In this document: positions 1-12,098 of the stretch, in pieces | How the letters are laid out: the number at the start of each line of letters is the position of its first letter | Numbering within the stretch: the first letter of the stretch is position 1 | Assembly: GCF_018977255.1 (NCBI RefSeq) | Contig: NW_024704771.1 | Coordinates: 3,720,001-3,784,000 of the forward strand | From: Callorhinchus milii | Taxonomy: Eukaryota | Reading direction: 5' to 3' | Length of the DNA: 64,000 bases | Position numbers and translations under genes: made by a program | The notes under the pieces: model-generated | Databases searched by the model: none | Seen by the model: the letters and a program-made list of their open reading frames with translations, nothing else | What the model was told of the DNA's origin: nothing

Positions 1-190
1 GGGGCAGAGAGATCGAAGGCCCGCCCGCCATAACGGTGGGGCGGACGAGCCAGAGAGACGTGCAGCAGGTTGGAGCCCATTGAGCGGAGGGAGCGGGAAG
101 GATGGTAGGGGGGTTAGGGGGTCACAGAAGTAAGGATGACCAAGGCCATGGAGGGCTTTGAACGTGAGGACCAGGATCTTGAACCGTATC
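1..190 (-). mobile_element. L2-clade LINE fragment
   Basis: Resembles the reverse complement of the L2 RT 3' sequence seen at 20630-21000 and 54800-55100. Confidence 0.65.
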
Positions 191-588
191 CTCTTGTTCT
201 ATCTTCTAAACTATTGCTCTGGGTTTATTTTTTCAATCCTATTTAAAATGTTACGCTCTATAAAGTCCCCTCTGAGACGTTACATAGCTCCCCTCACACA
301 AGGTAGCCTCCCAGAATCGCCGGCCCATGTCCTCTGGTTCCACCGTTCAGTTTAACTTGTCTCCCGAGGCTCATAGCTCTGACATTAGGGATCATTTGTT
401 TCGCTCTATTGCACTTCCTCTCGGGCCTGGGAAACCCCTTATGTTGCAGTGGCAAACAGTTTGCAGTATTTTGGTGCCAAACACCGTGACGTTGATAAAA
501 CGCCTTATCACGTGAAACATTCAGACGTGGGTCACGTAGAGTGCAGTGGCTGCACATTTGTAGGCAAATGCTTCAGCCAATTTCTGCC

Positions 589-656
589 TTAGTGCCTCAA
601 ACAGCCACGAAATAAGTGAGTCCGTTTTTTGGTTTGAGAATTACTGGCCAGGATTT
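589..656 (-). CDS. Putative terminal coding exon of the B7-H6-like gene (hydrophilic tail, no TM)
   Basis: Minus-strand CTAAC branch-like motif at 676-672 and acceptor CTACAG| at 657. A phase-1 join gives EILASNSQTKKRTHLFRGCLRH* (TAA 591-589). Minus-strand AATAAA at 229-224. The polypyrimidine tract is weak. Confidence 0.4.
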
Positions 657-1041
657 CTGTAGGTGGACTTAGTTAGAGGTGAGTCAGGCCCAGGCTGAAA
701 CCCGCACTTTTACTGGCGTTGAAATGTTTGTCGTTTTATAGACATGAGAGAACGTAGCACTCATTTGCTGGGACGATAACGAGTATAATTCTCTCCCCCC
801 GAATTCCCTCACTGCACGTTTTCTCTCTTTACCTTCGAAAAACATTTATAAAATCCATCTCTCTGCATCAGCATCCCCAAACTCTTCTTCTTCCTTTCAA
901 ATCCCCATCGTCTCTGTGAAGAGCTTCAAGACGTTCATCCAACTTGACCCTATAAGTGTTGTTCTACTCACCTAACTTTGGATCATTTGGGGATGGGAGG
1001 GTTGACTGTTACACTTTGGTTACCGTTACAGTGTGACTTAC

Positions 1042-3284
1042 CCATAACTGTGATGGTCACTCTTTGTTTCACAAGAGTCTCGGACGCTTCATGTCTCACA
1101 TGACAGATGTAACTGTCACCTCCCACCACTGGAGGCGCCCTTAGGGTTAGGACATTGACAGCGCTGAAGGTCCCGTCGCTGTTCCTCACGGGATTCCCTC
1201 TCTGGATCTCCTGACCGGTCATCTCTTGCAGGGTCTCGACGGTTGAGATCTTGAACCAGAGAATGGAAATTTCTTCCGGGTAGAAACCAGAGGCCTCGCA
1301 GCGCAATGATCTCCTGAACCCGGGCTTGAGCTCCAGCAGGGGTCCAACTGGGGGAACACTGGGGGAAGCTGAACACAAGATAATGATTATTGTTAGAGGA
1401 CAATCAGATGGAATGGCTGAACAAAGCCATTCAATATAATAAATAATAAAATTCGTGACTTCAAGCCACGACTGTTTGTGGGGACGCTGCTGTGGGCAAT
1501 TTCGCCCACAAAATACACAGTCACTGCACTACAGTGTATCCTGTGAAGCGTTTTGAGACGTCTCGAAGACGTGATGAGGCGCTGTATCAAACGAGAGGAT
1601 TATTATTGTTGCGATGACTGTCAAGCTTTGGAGGGAGAGTGGACAAGAGATAGAAGTACCTGATATCCTTAAAGTGCAAGTGGCTGATCCCTCGTCGGGT
1701 GAGGCGATGACTGTACACTCGTAGTCTCCCTGATCTTCAATACCAACCTCAGGGAGGAACAGAGCTGCTTTGCCCTTTGCCAGCTCACCAGCAAACCGAG
1801 TGCCAACCCTGGACACACGAATGCCACCCTTAAAATACGAGATCACAAGCTCGTTGTTCCTCTTCCAGCTCACTAACAGGAACTGGGGTTCAACAGGTGC
1901 ATCGGGGACAAAATCGCAGTTTATGGTCACGTTCGTCCCAACGGCCGTCTTCAGCATCTGTGGACTCAGCATCACTTTCAGAGCCACTAGGAAGAGATTC
2001 ACCCGCCTCAGCGATTTCAAGTATCATCAAAAAAACAAAAGAAGCCACACTTTCTCTCTCTCTCTCTCTCTCCGAGCCAAGCTTGGTGGTCGGCAAGCGA
2101 GAGGACCCAAGGTTCAGTTCCCAGGCTGGGAGTGACCGTAGGCAAGTGTCCTCACTCCACCCCCCGCCCACCTCGGTTTGCCTCGCAGTAAGGAGGCGCC
2201 AGGCTGCTAGTCGACTTTCCAGGGGTCGTAAAGCCCTTTAAAAAAAATGTGGTCGCTCAATCCATGATTGTTTGTGGGACGCTGCTGTGCCCGAATTGGC
2301 TGCCGCGTTTCAACCACAAAATAAAATCAATTCACGTTACAGTGAATTGTGAAGCGCTTCGAGACATCCAGTAGACGTGATAAGGTGCTATACCAAATGC
2401 AAGGATTATTATTATTATTATTATATCAAATGCAAGGATTATTATTATTATTATCCCTCTCGTACACCCACCCTACCATCTCCCCCACCCCTGCATCAAG
2501 TTGCTTTTTAAATGAATCAGTGTTCTGGCTTCAATCAGCCTTCCATAAGATTGACTTCATACACAATAAATCGAACCTGCAAAGCTTTCGGAGACGCTTT
2601 GAAGTGAAAGGTAATTCGTGAAGTTGTTAGCAACACGACCTAAGGCTTGGTTTGGTTCCGAGTTACCGAGCAACCATCCTTTTCCAAACACCCAGTCTCC
2701 TGAAAGTTTATTTAACGCATTCACACTTAAAAACTAAAAAAAGTACTCACTAGGACGTCCATAATATCGGAAATTGCAAGCGAGAGGTTCGATTCACAGG
2801 CACGGGCGAAATCTTAGGCAAGTTTCCTGACTCAGAACGCCTCTGTTTCCCGAGCAGTAAATCACTCTCCGGGGTTAACAAACACTTCAAAAAAATATTA
2901 GAGTCAGGGGCGTGTCTCAAAACAAACAGGACACCTCCTAAAATAAAGAGTTACTTTACTAAATAATAGTAATAATCCTTGCATTTGCTACGGCGCCTCA
3001 TCACGTATTCACGACGTCTCAAAGCGCTTCACTGAATATACTGTAAAGTGAACTGATTGTATATTTTGTTGGTGAAATGTTGCGCACAGCGGCGTCAGTG
3101 ATTATTTAAGGAATCATTACCGCTGGAAAATATGATTTCTGGGCAAAACAGCGGCGTTCACATCCACACAACACTCACCCCATCTCCACATCCACCACAT
3201 TTCTGTTTGTCTTGTTCCTTGTCTCTTACCTGACAATAAAGCTGTCAAGAGAAGCAACAACCCCAGGGCAATAAGAGAAGCCAT
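1042..3284 (-). CDS. NCR3LG1: B7-H6 (NCR3LG1)-like Ig superfamily protein: leader + IgV + IgC1
   Basis: Three phase-1 exons with canonical AG/GT: leader 3284-3230 (MASLIALGLLLLLTALLS), IgV 1986-1660 (VTINCDF...LLVSWKR...GKAALFLPEVGIEDQGDYECTVIASPDEGSATCTLRIS), IgC1 1368-1042 (LRCEASGFYPEEISILWFK...VRNSDGTFS...YICHVRH). The C1 motif CEASGFYPE and the V end YECTVIASP resemble human B7-H6 (CESSGFYPEAINITW; YRCEVVVTP). No TM exon found in the window. Confidence 0.78.
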
Positions 3285-4399
3285 ATTCCGTGTCCGGAAA
3301 CCAAGGCTGTCACTGGAGAAAGGATCGAGCTTCCTCGGTTTATTTAACGGTGGACAACTAGTAAGGTGACTCGCTCCGAAGGACACTGCAGCAGCAGTAA
3401 CCGAAGCTCAATACGTTCCTGGCAAGTGTGCAGGTAGACTAATATTGTTGCTATGTGCTCCTGAATTGGGTGGGGAGAAAACAAAGGTTTCTTATCGCTC
3501 AGACAAGAACAGACCTGTAGAATATGCATCGTTTTGATGCTTTCTGTTTCGTACCTGTCACTCCGTTTCCTAAGCCCTTGAGAGATGGGCCTCAGATGTC
3601 CTTCGGATGAGACATTAAACAAGGCCACATTCGTCCGGGCAGGCGTTAAAGATCCTGATCGAAAAGAGACGCTAGTTTCTGTCTCTCGGTGTCCTGTCTG
3701 TTGTCATCCTGTCTGACAATCCCCAGATAAAATTGGTCGCTCGATCCAAAACGCACAGTAAAATCTGGTGATCGCTTTGAGACGTTTCAGCGGTGTAAGA
3801 AGGTTTCGGAGCTTGTTTACGTTTACATTGGCTGATTTCCACCCCGTGATGCGTCTAAAAAAAAATGCGACACATATCAACCACCAGAACAGGTTCTGCA
3901 GCTGTGAAGGCGCACGAATCAGGAAGTGTTTCGCAGATACTTGTATCATAGAGAGCATCCTGCAGTGTGAAGGGAGAATTTAAGTTAAAAAAAAGTGTTC
4001 AGTGGAGAGGAGGGGGAATGCGAAACAAATTTCAGGGGAATTTAACAAGAATTTAGATAGAATCACCGACCTGAATTATCCAGTTCTAAAGCGAAAGACT
4101 GAACAAGTTATTCAGTGGCACAAACCAATCACAACATCCTAAAGTCATACAGAAACCCTCAGACAAGAACAACAACTTGGATTTATATAGCGCCCTCCAC
4201 ACCGGACGGCGTCTCTGTTTACCAAGCAGTTAGTTAGTCGATTGGCGGATCGCTTTCCGGGGATAATAATACCTCCCCCCAGAAAATGCGATCGCTCAAT
4301 TCACGACTGTTTGTGGGACAATTGCTGTGTGCAATTGGCTGCCGAATTTCATAAGAACATAAGAAGACGAAGAAGAACAACAACAAAATTACATTTATA

Positions 4400-4890
4400 G
4401 AGCACCTTTCACATCGGGAGGACATCCCAAAGCGCTGGACAGTCAGGGGTCAGGACCTGAGCTGGGGGAAGGGTGGGGTATGGGTGAGGGAAGGCAGAGA
4501 GGTAGGAGGGCGACTGAAGGCACGATCGAAGAGGAAGGTCTTGAGACCGGACTTGAAGGAGGCGAGGGAGGAAGTGAGGCGAAGGGACTGTGGGATGGAG
4601 TTCCAGAGCGTGGGGGCAGAGAGGCTGAAAGGACGGGTCGGGGGGGAAGACATGGAACTGGCCAGAGCCCCGCTGAACGGAGGGAGCGGGCAGGTTAGTA
4701 CAGAGTCAGCAGGTCAGAGATCCTCATCCTTGAAGTTGAGGACGAGGATCTTGAATTCGATCCTCTGAGGGATGTCGGGGAGGGTGGGAGGGACGGGGTC
4801 ACGGAGCCTGGTGCGTGAGAGCACACGAGCTTCAGAGTTTTGGATGATCTGCAGCTTGTGAAGGGAAGAGTTGGGAAGGCCGATGGGGAG
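4400..4890 (-). mobile_element. L2-clade LINE 3' fragment
   Basis: Minus-strand ORF pieces [29 protein letters not shown] and FSLSAPTLWNSIP. Confidence 0.8.
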
Positions 4891-4896
4891 GGAGTT

Positions 4897-5410
4897 TCCA
4901 TCCGAGCATAAGAAATAAGAAATAGGAGCAGAAGCAGGCCCTTCAGCCCCTCGAGCCTGTGCCCCGCCATTTAAGATCATGGCTGATCTTCTAACCTAAT
5001 TCCACTTACCCGCCCTATCCCCATATCCCTTATCCCTTTAGTTTTTAAAAATCTATCAATCGCAGTCTTGAATATGTTCAATGACTGAACATCCACGGCC
5101 TTCCGGGGTAGAGAATTCCATAAATTCACTTTAATCTTGAGCTTATGACCCCTAGTTTTAGATTCTCCAACCAGGGGAAGCAGTCCCACACTATCTACTC
5201 TGTCAAGACCCTTCAGAATCTTACAGGTTTCTATAAGATCACCTCGAATTCTTCTACGTTCTAGAGAATGTAGGCCGAGTCTACTCAACCTCCCCTCGTA
5301 GGTCAAACCCTTCATGCCAGGAACCAATCTAGTGAACCTACGTTGCCCCCCCTCCAAGGCGAGTATATCCTTTCTCAGCTAAGGAAACCAAAATTGCACA
5401 CAATATTCCA
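4897..5410 (-). mobile_element. CR1-clade LINE 3' fragment
   Basis: ORF 4977-5357: QRRFTRLVPGMKGLTYEGRLSRLGLHSLERRRIRGDLIETCKILKG (CR1 RT C-terminus), plus the shark-type CR1 3' UTR (ATCAGCCATGATCTTAAATGGCGG...GGGGCTGAAGGGCCT). Confidence 0.9.
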
Positions 5411-6198
5411 GGTGCGGTCAAAACGCACAGTCACAAAACGAAAAGCACACCGTCAATCCACCTCACAATCTATTCTGTTGTGTTCCTCACAAGGTAACCA
5501 TCACCGTTGCTTAAGAGTCTCCAAAGCAAGCTGAGAGAGGACATGGACCTCCCAGAGATAGATGGTTGGAACTGAACGTGCTCTCTCCCCACCCCCCCCC
5601 CCCCCCGGAGGGACGCTCCCTGCTTACGTCTCGAAGCCCCGCTACGTCAAAAGCAAGGATTATTATTATTATTGATTGTCGAATGAGTTTCGAAACCGCG
5701 GGGGGCGGGTGGGCGGGTGGTGGGCGTTGGGTACTAAGGGAAAGTGCTCTTCGTGCACGATACACGCAGGAAGCAACATGGGTTGGTTACCATTGGAAAT
5801 GAGGTCCAAAAATGACTGTGGTTTGTACAGATTGTGCTGTAATTCAGCGGATACATTACAGCCCTTGAAACCGCAGTTTCCTGTCGAGAGTCCTGACGAG
5901 AGGTGGAGGTCAGGTAAGTGGGACAAAGCTCTGACACCGGAGGCCCACCCCCCCCCCCCCCCCCCACCCCGCGCTGTCTAACAAATCCAGAGCCGCAGAG
6001 CGACAGGGCCGGTGGGACTCTTTTTTTAAACAGCCCCTCGTCGAGACGAAACGTGGCAAAGAAACAGCCGCAGAAAAGCGCGGCGTGACTGTTTTCTTTA
6101 AGCCAATGTGGGGGAGGGAGAGAAGGGGGGAGGGAGGGAGGGAGGGAGGGCGCTCAGGATCCTTGGCCTAAAATCTGGTGCATGAGCTTCCGCGCACT

Positions 6199-6205
6199 TA
6201 TAAAT
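6199..6205 (+). promoter_or_regulatory. TATA-like element upstream of the NCR3-like gene
   Basis: TATAAAT about 215 nt upstream of the ATG at 6418, at the edge of a CpG-rich stretch (about 6240-6470); ETS-like CTTCCG just upstream. Confidence 0.3.
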
Positions 6206-6417
6206 AATTTGCATTTTCACACGCTCAGGCAGGTGCCATGGTGCAAAGCGCAATGCAACCACCCGCCCGTGTTTCCGAAGCGCCCGTCAACGAATGAGCA
6301 TTCAGCTCCTTTGCGGTCTGTCACACATTTTCCACTGGCTGCCCCCGGTCGTGTGACATAGGCTGCGTGTCTCTCGCACGCCGCGCGTCCGACTCACCAT
6401 CCCGCCATCTCACCGAG

Positions 6418-9400
6418 ATGAACGGCCTGATGCTGCTCGCGGCGTGCGCCTCGCTCGGTATTGCAGGTCGGTGCTTTTAGTTTGATTAAACATCACGGTA
6501 CAAGTGGGGTTTTATTTCCCACCTTCTCTCTCTCTCTCTCTCTCTCAAAGACGGCGAGTTTTATAGCACGGCACACGGTTCGAGTTCCGTAAGCGTGGTG
6601 GTCAGCGCCCTAACCCCGCAAGCGAGAGGACCCGAGCTTGATTCCCGGGCGGCTTGAAACCTTGGGCAAGTCTCCTTACTCCACACAAAGACACGCCTCT
6701 GTTCTTACGCAGCAGTAAGTAGGGACTCAGGTGTTAGTCGATTGGCGGATCGCATTCCAGAGATAATAATTCCCTTCAAAAAAAAAATGCGGTGACTTAA
6801 TCCACAACTGTTTGTGGGACGCTGCTGTGCGCCGTGTTTCGCCCCCGAGATAGTCACAACACGTTCGAGTATATCCTGTGCAAAGTGCGTGAGGTTTGAA
6901 AGCTCTTAGAGACCTCTCAACCACATAATCAGGTGCCGTATCTAACGATAATCCTTGCTTTATTGTTAGACAATAACTATTATTATTATTTTATCATCTA
7001 ACAGAACGGCAGAACAGGCTCGTGGGGCTGAATGGCCTACTCCTGTTCCCATGTTCCCCGTGTTTCGAGCTGCAGTTGTTGAGCAACCGAGAGAAAGGCT
7101 TTGTTGAGTTTCTGTGCCCGTGCGTTTGCTGTTTCAGGAAGGGCCTTCGGGCTGAAGGTTACTCAGCCCGGGCAGAGCCTGGTGTTGCTGAGAGGGGACG
7201 CAGCCATGTTGCAGTGCTTCTTTGAGTACAGCGGGGGTCAGCCTGGACTGGCGTCGACCGTGTGGTACAGGGAGACGCCAAGCAAAAGCGAAATCAGCGA
7301 GACCAATGCTCTGTACTCTGGTCGGGTGATCAAACCCACAGCTCGGGACCTGGCACACGGGAGGAACGCCTCACTGACCCTCAGTAACGTCACGGTGCAG
7401 GACACCGGCGTCTATTACTGCACCGTCAAGGTCACGATCCCGGGAGAGGGCAGAATGGAGAATGGCACAGGCAACGGAACCCACTTACTGGTGAGAGGTG
7501 AGCGAGACTTGCTGGAGAGAGCCAGAGGGATGGGTGGGGTAGGGGAGGCGGGGGGAGGGGGGGGTGGGGGGGGAGGTGAAAGCCGGGGGAATGGGACAGC
7601 AGGAGATCACAAACTGCACAGATTGTCACGCTATTAACGACGATAACAAATAATAATAATAATCCTTGCATTTGAATTCTTATCACATCGTCGAGACGTC
7701 TCAAAGCGCTTCACAGAACATAAAGTGGAATGACTGTACACTCTGTGGGTGAAACGGCGTCACACAAACGGTCGTGGATTGAGTGACCAAATTATTATTA
7801 TTATTTGAAGGGATTATTAGGCGATTACAGTAAAACTCTCATAAGTCATATCAGTTGGGACCGTACATTGAATATGACTTTCGCAGAGTATGAGTTATGC
7901 GAAACTTATCAATAATATTTTTTTATCATTATTATATTATTATAATAGGAAATTCAATGGGACTTGGGCAGATGTGCAACTTAGGCGATACGATTTATAA
8001 CAGATCAGACTTGGGGTGAGTTTATCACTTTGGCAATCACCTAAATCGTGCTGCCCGAGTCTTGTTAAAGTTCCTGGTTGTTAGTCGATTGGCTGATCGT
8101 TTTTTCCGGGCGTATTAATCTGTTCCAAAAAAATAATAATGTGGTCGCTCAATCCGTGACTGTGTGTGGATCAGTAACTGCTGTGCGCAATTGGCTGCCG
8201 CGTTTTGCACGTACAATATACAGTCAATTCACTTTACGGTGTATTCCGCGCGATTGATTAGGTAATGAATTAAGTAAGTGATTAATTGAGAAGGAAAATG
8301 GAGAAAAGAGGGATTGAGGGAGAGCGTTGGGAGAGTTCCAGGGACTGGATTTAATAATAATAATAATAATAATAATCCTTGCATTTGATATAGCGCTTTT
8401 CACGTCGGAAGGACGTCCCAAAGCGCTTCACAGAACACACTGTAAAGTGAATTGACTGTAAATTTGTGGGCGAACGCGGCAGCCAATTGCGCACAGCAAT
8501 GTCCCACAAACAGTCGTAGATTGAAAATGCCAATTTTATTATTGTTTTTGGTTTTTTGGAGGGATTATTATTAGGCTCCGTGTGGAGTAAGGAAACTTGC
8601 CCAAGGTTTCGACCTGCCTGGAATTGAACTCAGGTCTCTCGCTTGCAAAGCGAGTGCTCTAACCACTGAGCTACAGGACTCCACGATTTGGTGCCAGAGT
8701 GCAACCTTTTGCTCTTTCCTTTGGCCCAGCTCCCCCGGCCCCTCCGAGGATATCAACAGAAACCCTGGGGTCGCAGGTTGTCAGTGTGACCTGCAAGACA
8801 TCTGGCTTCCACCCCAGAAACATCAGCCTGGTGTGGCTGCTGAACAACAGGTCAGTCACTGACAGTGGGACTACTGTCCTGACACAGGAACCCGACTCGA
8901 CCTACTCAGCTTCCAGCGTGTTCAACGTCACCCAGACTGGCCTTCGCCCTGATGTAAGCCCCCAGGCCATCTTCGCCCAGTGCCAAGTTCTCCACCAGAC
9001 CTTGCAAACTCCTTTGAGAAGTGAAAGGATTCAGCTGCGAGTTGCCCAACCCAGTGAGTAAACAACATCCCTCAGTTAGTCTGTACAGGGTTGAATCCCC
9101 GCATTAACCTCTGTCCCCCACCCCATCACCCCAGCCCTCGCCAGGCTCCACTGGCTCCCTCTCATTCGTCTCATCCTGCTTGTCCCTCATCCCCTCTGTT
9201 TCCATCATCAGTGGTCCCGGGTTGTCAGTGTGACTACTCTTTCAGTCACTACTCCCCGAAATCCTGGAACAATCTTCCTCTTCCTTGCCCCCTTCCTTCT
9301 CCATCTTCAGGTTGCGCTTGAAGACCTTCCCCTTCGACTGTGCCTACGGTCACCCTCCCCTGCCCTCTGGCATCAGGCTCTGCCACTGCCCAGTGGTCTG

Positions 9401-10322
9401 GGACACTACCCCGGGTGACAGGTACTATATATGTACACATGGTCGCTGAATCCATCTGCCCTGAGCTAGACAGCTTTCATTGAACACCACTTCCTGAAAG
9501 ATCAGGTTAGCTCAGCTTACAGCAAGCGCTCTCACCACTGTGGCGAGAGGTTGCGAATGCGAGGCCCCAGGTCTGCATTTAACTCACAGCGTGGACCACA
9601 GAATGAATTGGCATTAAAAGCCGTCCTTTTGAGAGAAGAGGTTAAATGGAGGGTCTGTCTGTCTGAACCGGTTGACGTTAAATATCCTGCGATGCTATTA
9701 TTAGTAATGACAAGCCCTGCATTTGATGTAGCGCCTAAATCGCACAGTCGAGACATCTCAAAGCTCTTCACAGGATATACTGTAAAAGTGTCGTGACTGT
9801 TTATTTGTCGACAGAGGTGGCTGCCCAGCAGTGACCCACAAACGGTGATGGTGTGAGTGACCAATTTTATTTGGGGGGATTGTCAGCCAGGCCACTGAGA
9901 GAGAGAAACTCCCTTCTCTTTTCGAATAGCGCCTTAGGATCTTTGACGTCCACCTGTACAGGCAGACGGGAGCTCTGACAATGCAATAGCCCACCCCCCC
10001 CCCACCGGAGCGTCAGCTTAGACTATGGGGCTTGAACCCACAATCTTCTGACTCAGAGAGCAGAGTGCAACCGAATAACAGCATAACAGGCTGACAGAGC
10101 GAGCTGCAAAACCACGTGTTGTCTCATGGATCATCTAAATATAATGAAGACGTGTCAAAGCGAATGCAAGGATGATTATGATTATTATTTACCTAGGGAT
10201 TAATATTTTATGTGAACTCTACACAACAGGTCTGAATACTCCCCTTGTGATCGGCTTGATAAGCGTCTGTGTTCTGGCTCCGGCCCTGATTGGTATTGCT
10301 TACTATTTACTTCGAAAAGAAG
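6418..10322 (+). CDS. NCR3: NKp30 (NCR3)-like receptor: leader + VJ-type IgV + IgC1 + TM
   Basis: Phase-1 exons: leader 6418-6466 ([16 protein letters not shown]), V 7138-7497 (LKVTQP...LQCFF...TVWYRE...YSGRV...[22 protein letters not shown]...[10 protein letters not shown]; NKp30 ends GTGNGTRLVV), C1 8730-9053 ([18 protein letters not shown]...[14 protein letters not shown]), TM 10230-10322 ([27 protein letters not shown]). All boundaries are AG/GT. Confidence 0.8.
8353..8682 (-). mobile_element. Full-length tRNA-derived SINE with L2-like tail (young subfamily)
   Basis: Head GGAGTCCTGTAGCTCAGTGG...GAGTTCAATTCC (A and B boxes); tail TGTGAAGCGCTTTGGGACGTCC...AAATGCAAGG(ATT)n. Near-identical copies at 41935-42256 and 53270-53594. 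The same family is scattered throughout the window. Confidence 0.9.
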
Positions 10323-10961
10323 GTAAAACCCGTGACAAGGCAAGGTTACTGTAACCGGCAGTGAGAGAGTTACTTACACCAATGCAATATCACACTTACA
10401 CAGCGCCTTTCACGTCAAGAGGACGTCCCAAAGCGCTGGACCTGAGCCGGGGGTCAGGATCGGGATCAGGATCAGGAGTGTGTGGGTAGGAGGGTGACCG
10501 AAGGCTCGGCCGAAGAGGTTTTGAGCCACTCCTTGAAGGAGGCGAGGGAGGGAGCGAGGCAAAGGGAATGTGGGACGGAGTCCCACAGGGTGGGGGCAGA
10601 AAGGCGCATTGGTCAACGGTGGGACGGGCCGGGCAGGAGCAAGGGGCCAAGGTTCTGGACCTGCCTTGGTAAGGTGGAGTGTGCATCCCTGGACGGTGAT
10701 GCTGTCAGTACATCAGAGATGAGAGAATGCTGTGACACGGCAGAATTAATAATAATAATCTTTGCACTTAACGCAGCATCTTATTACATCGTCGAGACGT
10801 CTCAAAGCGCTTCACAGTATAGTGGAGTGACTTCATATTTTGTGAGCAAAACATAGCAGCAAAATTGCACACAGCAGCGTCCCCACAAACAGCCGTAAAG
10901 TCATCGAATAATTTAATTTGAATTTGGGGGATTTCAGACCTGGACACCGGGGGAGAGAGAG

Positions 10962-10994
<33 letters not shown>

Positions 10995-12071
10995 AACTCT
11001 TCTCTCTTTTTGAGTAGCGCTGCGGGATCTTTAACGTCCACCTGAAACAGGCAGACGGTTTAACATCGCATCCGAAGTACGAGGCGCTAAGCAACAAACC
11101 GAATCACATTGTAACGCGGTGCAATTGCTTTCACAGAGATACGCCAAGTTCCAGAGAGAAGTTCGCACACTGTAAGTAGATTTTTTTTGGGGGGGTGGGG
11201 GGGGGGGTGGCGCGTCAGGTCAAAAGCAGACTGAGATTTCCACATATGTGTGTCACCAACACGTGGAAATTTCCCTGCGTCTGGAATGCAATGCACACTC
11301 TCTCCCCATCAGCGTTGCTTAACAGTCTCCAAACCAGGCTGAGATTTCCATGCATCCCATTTCCTTGGAAATTCCAGCGATAGATTGTTGGAATGAATAC
11401 TCTCCCTGCAGATAAGTGCCCAGCTCGCCTAATTCCGGAGAGTATGAGGCACAGGGCTTTGTGGCTTGTGGTTAATGGGAACTAAATGGGAAGAATCTCT
11501 ACTCCCAATACTAAAATTAATTCTTGCATTTGATATAGCGCTTTATTGCATCTCCGAGACGACTCCAAGCACTTCACAAAACATAATCGAAAGTGAATCG
11601 ACTGTATATTTGGTGGGCGCAATGCGGCAGCAAATTGCGCCCAGCGGCGTCCCACAAACAGTCGTGGATTGAATGACCCATTTATTTTATTTTTTTGGAA
11701 GGAATTATTACCCCGCGGAAAGCCATCCGCTAATTGACGAGCAACCAGGTTCCTACTTATCGCTAGGCAAACGGAAGCGTGCGGGTAAGGAAACTTGCCC
11801 AACCTTTTGCCCTGCCGGGAATCGAACCCAGGTCTCTTGCTTGCGAGGCGAGCGCCCTAACCACTGAGTTACAGGACTCCAAGCAACAATTACACAGAGC
11901 CTTTCACGTTGGGAGGACATCCCAAGGCGCTGGACAGGTAAGGAATCGCACCTGATCTGGGGATGACAATTTTTTTGTTAATTTTTCCGAAGGTGGACTG
12001 GACGGACACAATAAACCCAATCTACGCCACAATCAAATTCTCAGATTGAAACAGAAAAGACGTTCCCACAG

Positions 12072-12098
12072 GGAGTTCTGCCCACGAATTGAATGAGC
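12072..12098 (+). CDS. Putative short cytoplasmic exon of the NCR3-like gene
   Basis: Acceptor TTCCCACAG|, 27-nt phase-1 exon (GSSAHELNE), donor C|GTAAGG. The terminal exon is unresolved; AATAAA at 12480-12485 and 12539-12544. Confidence 0.45.

Noticed and set aside
294-557. 87-aa minus-strand ORF as the B7-H6 cytoplasmic tail
   Set aside because: No TM exon upstream, and its phase does not fit the phase-1 C1 donor; more likely 3' UTR.
1042-3284. Tapasin (TAPBP/TAPBPL) identity for the V-C1 gene, suggested by proximity to PFDN6
   Set aside because: The leader joins the V exon directly in phase, I found no tapasin N-terminal domain exon between 1986 and 3230, and the motifs fit B7-H6 better.
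7138-7497. Rearranging TCR or Ig V segment
   Set aside because: V and the J-like strand share one exon, and I saw no heptamer/nonamer RSS at its end.
8610-8682. tRNA genes here and at similar sites
   Set aside because: The tRNA-like A and B boxes are SINE heads fused to a core and an L2-type tail, in many diverged copies.
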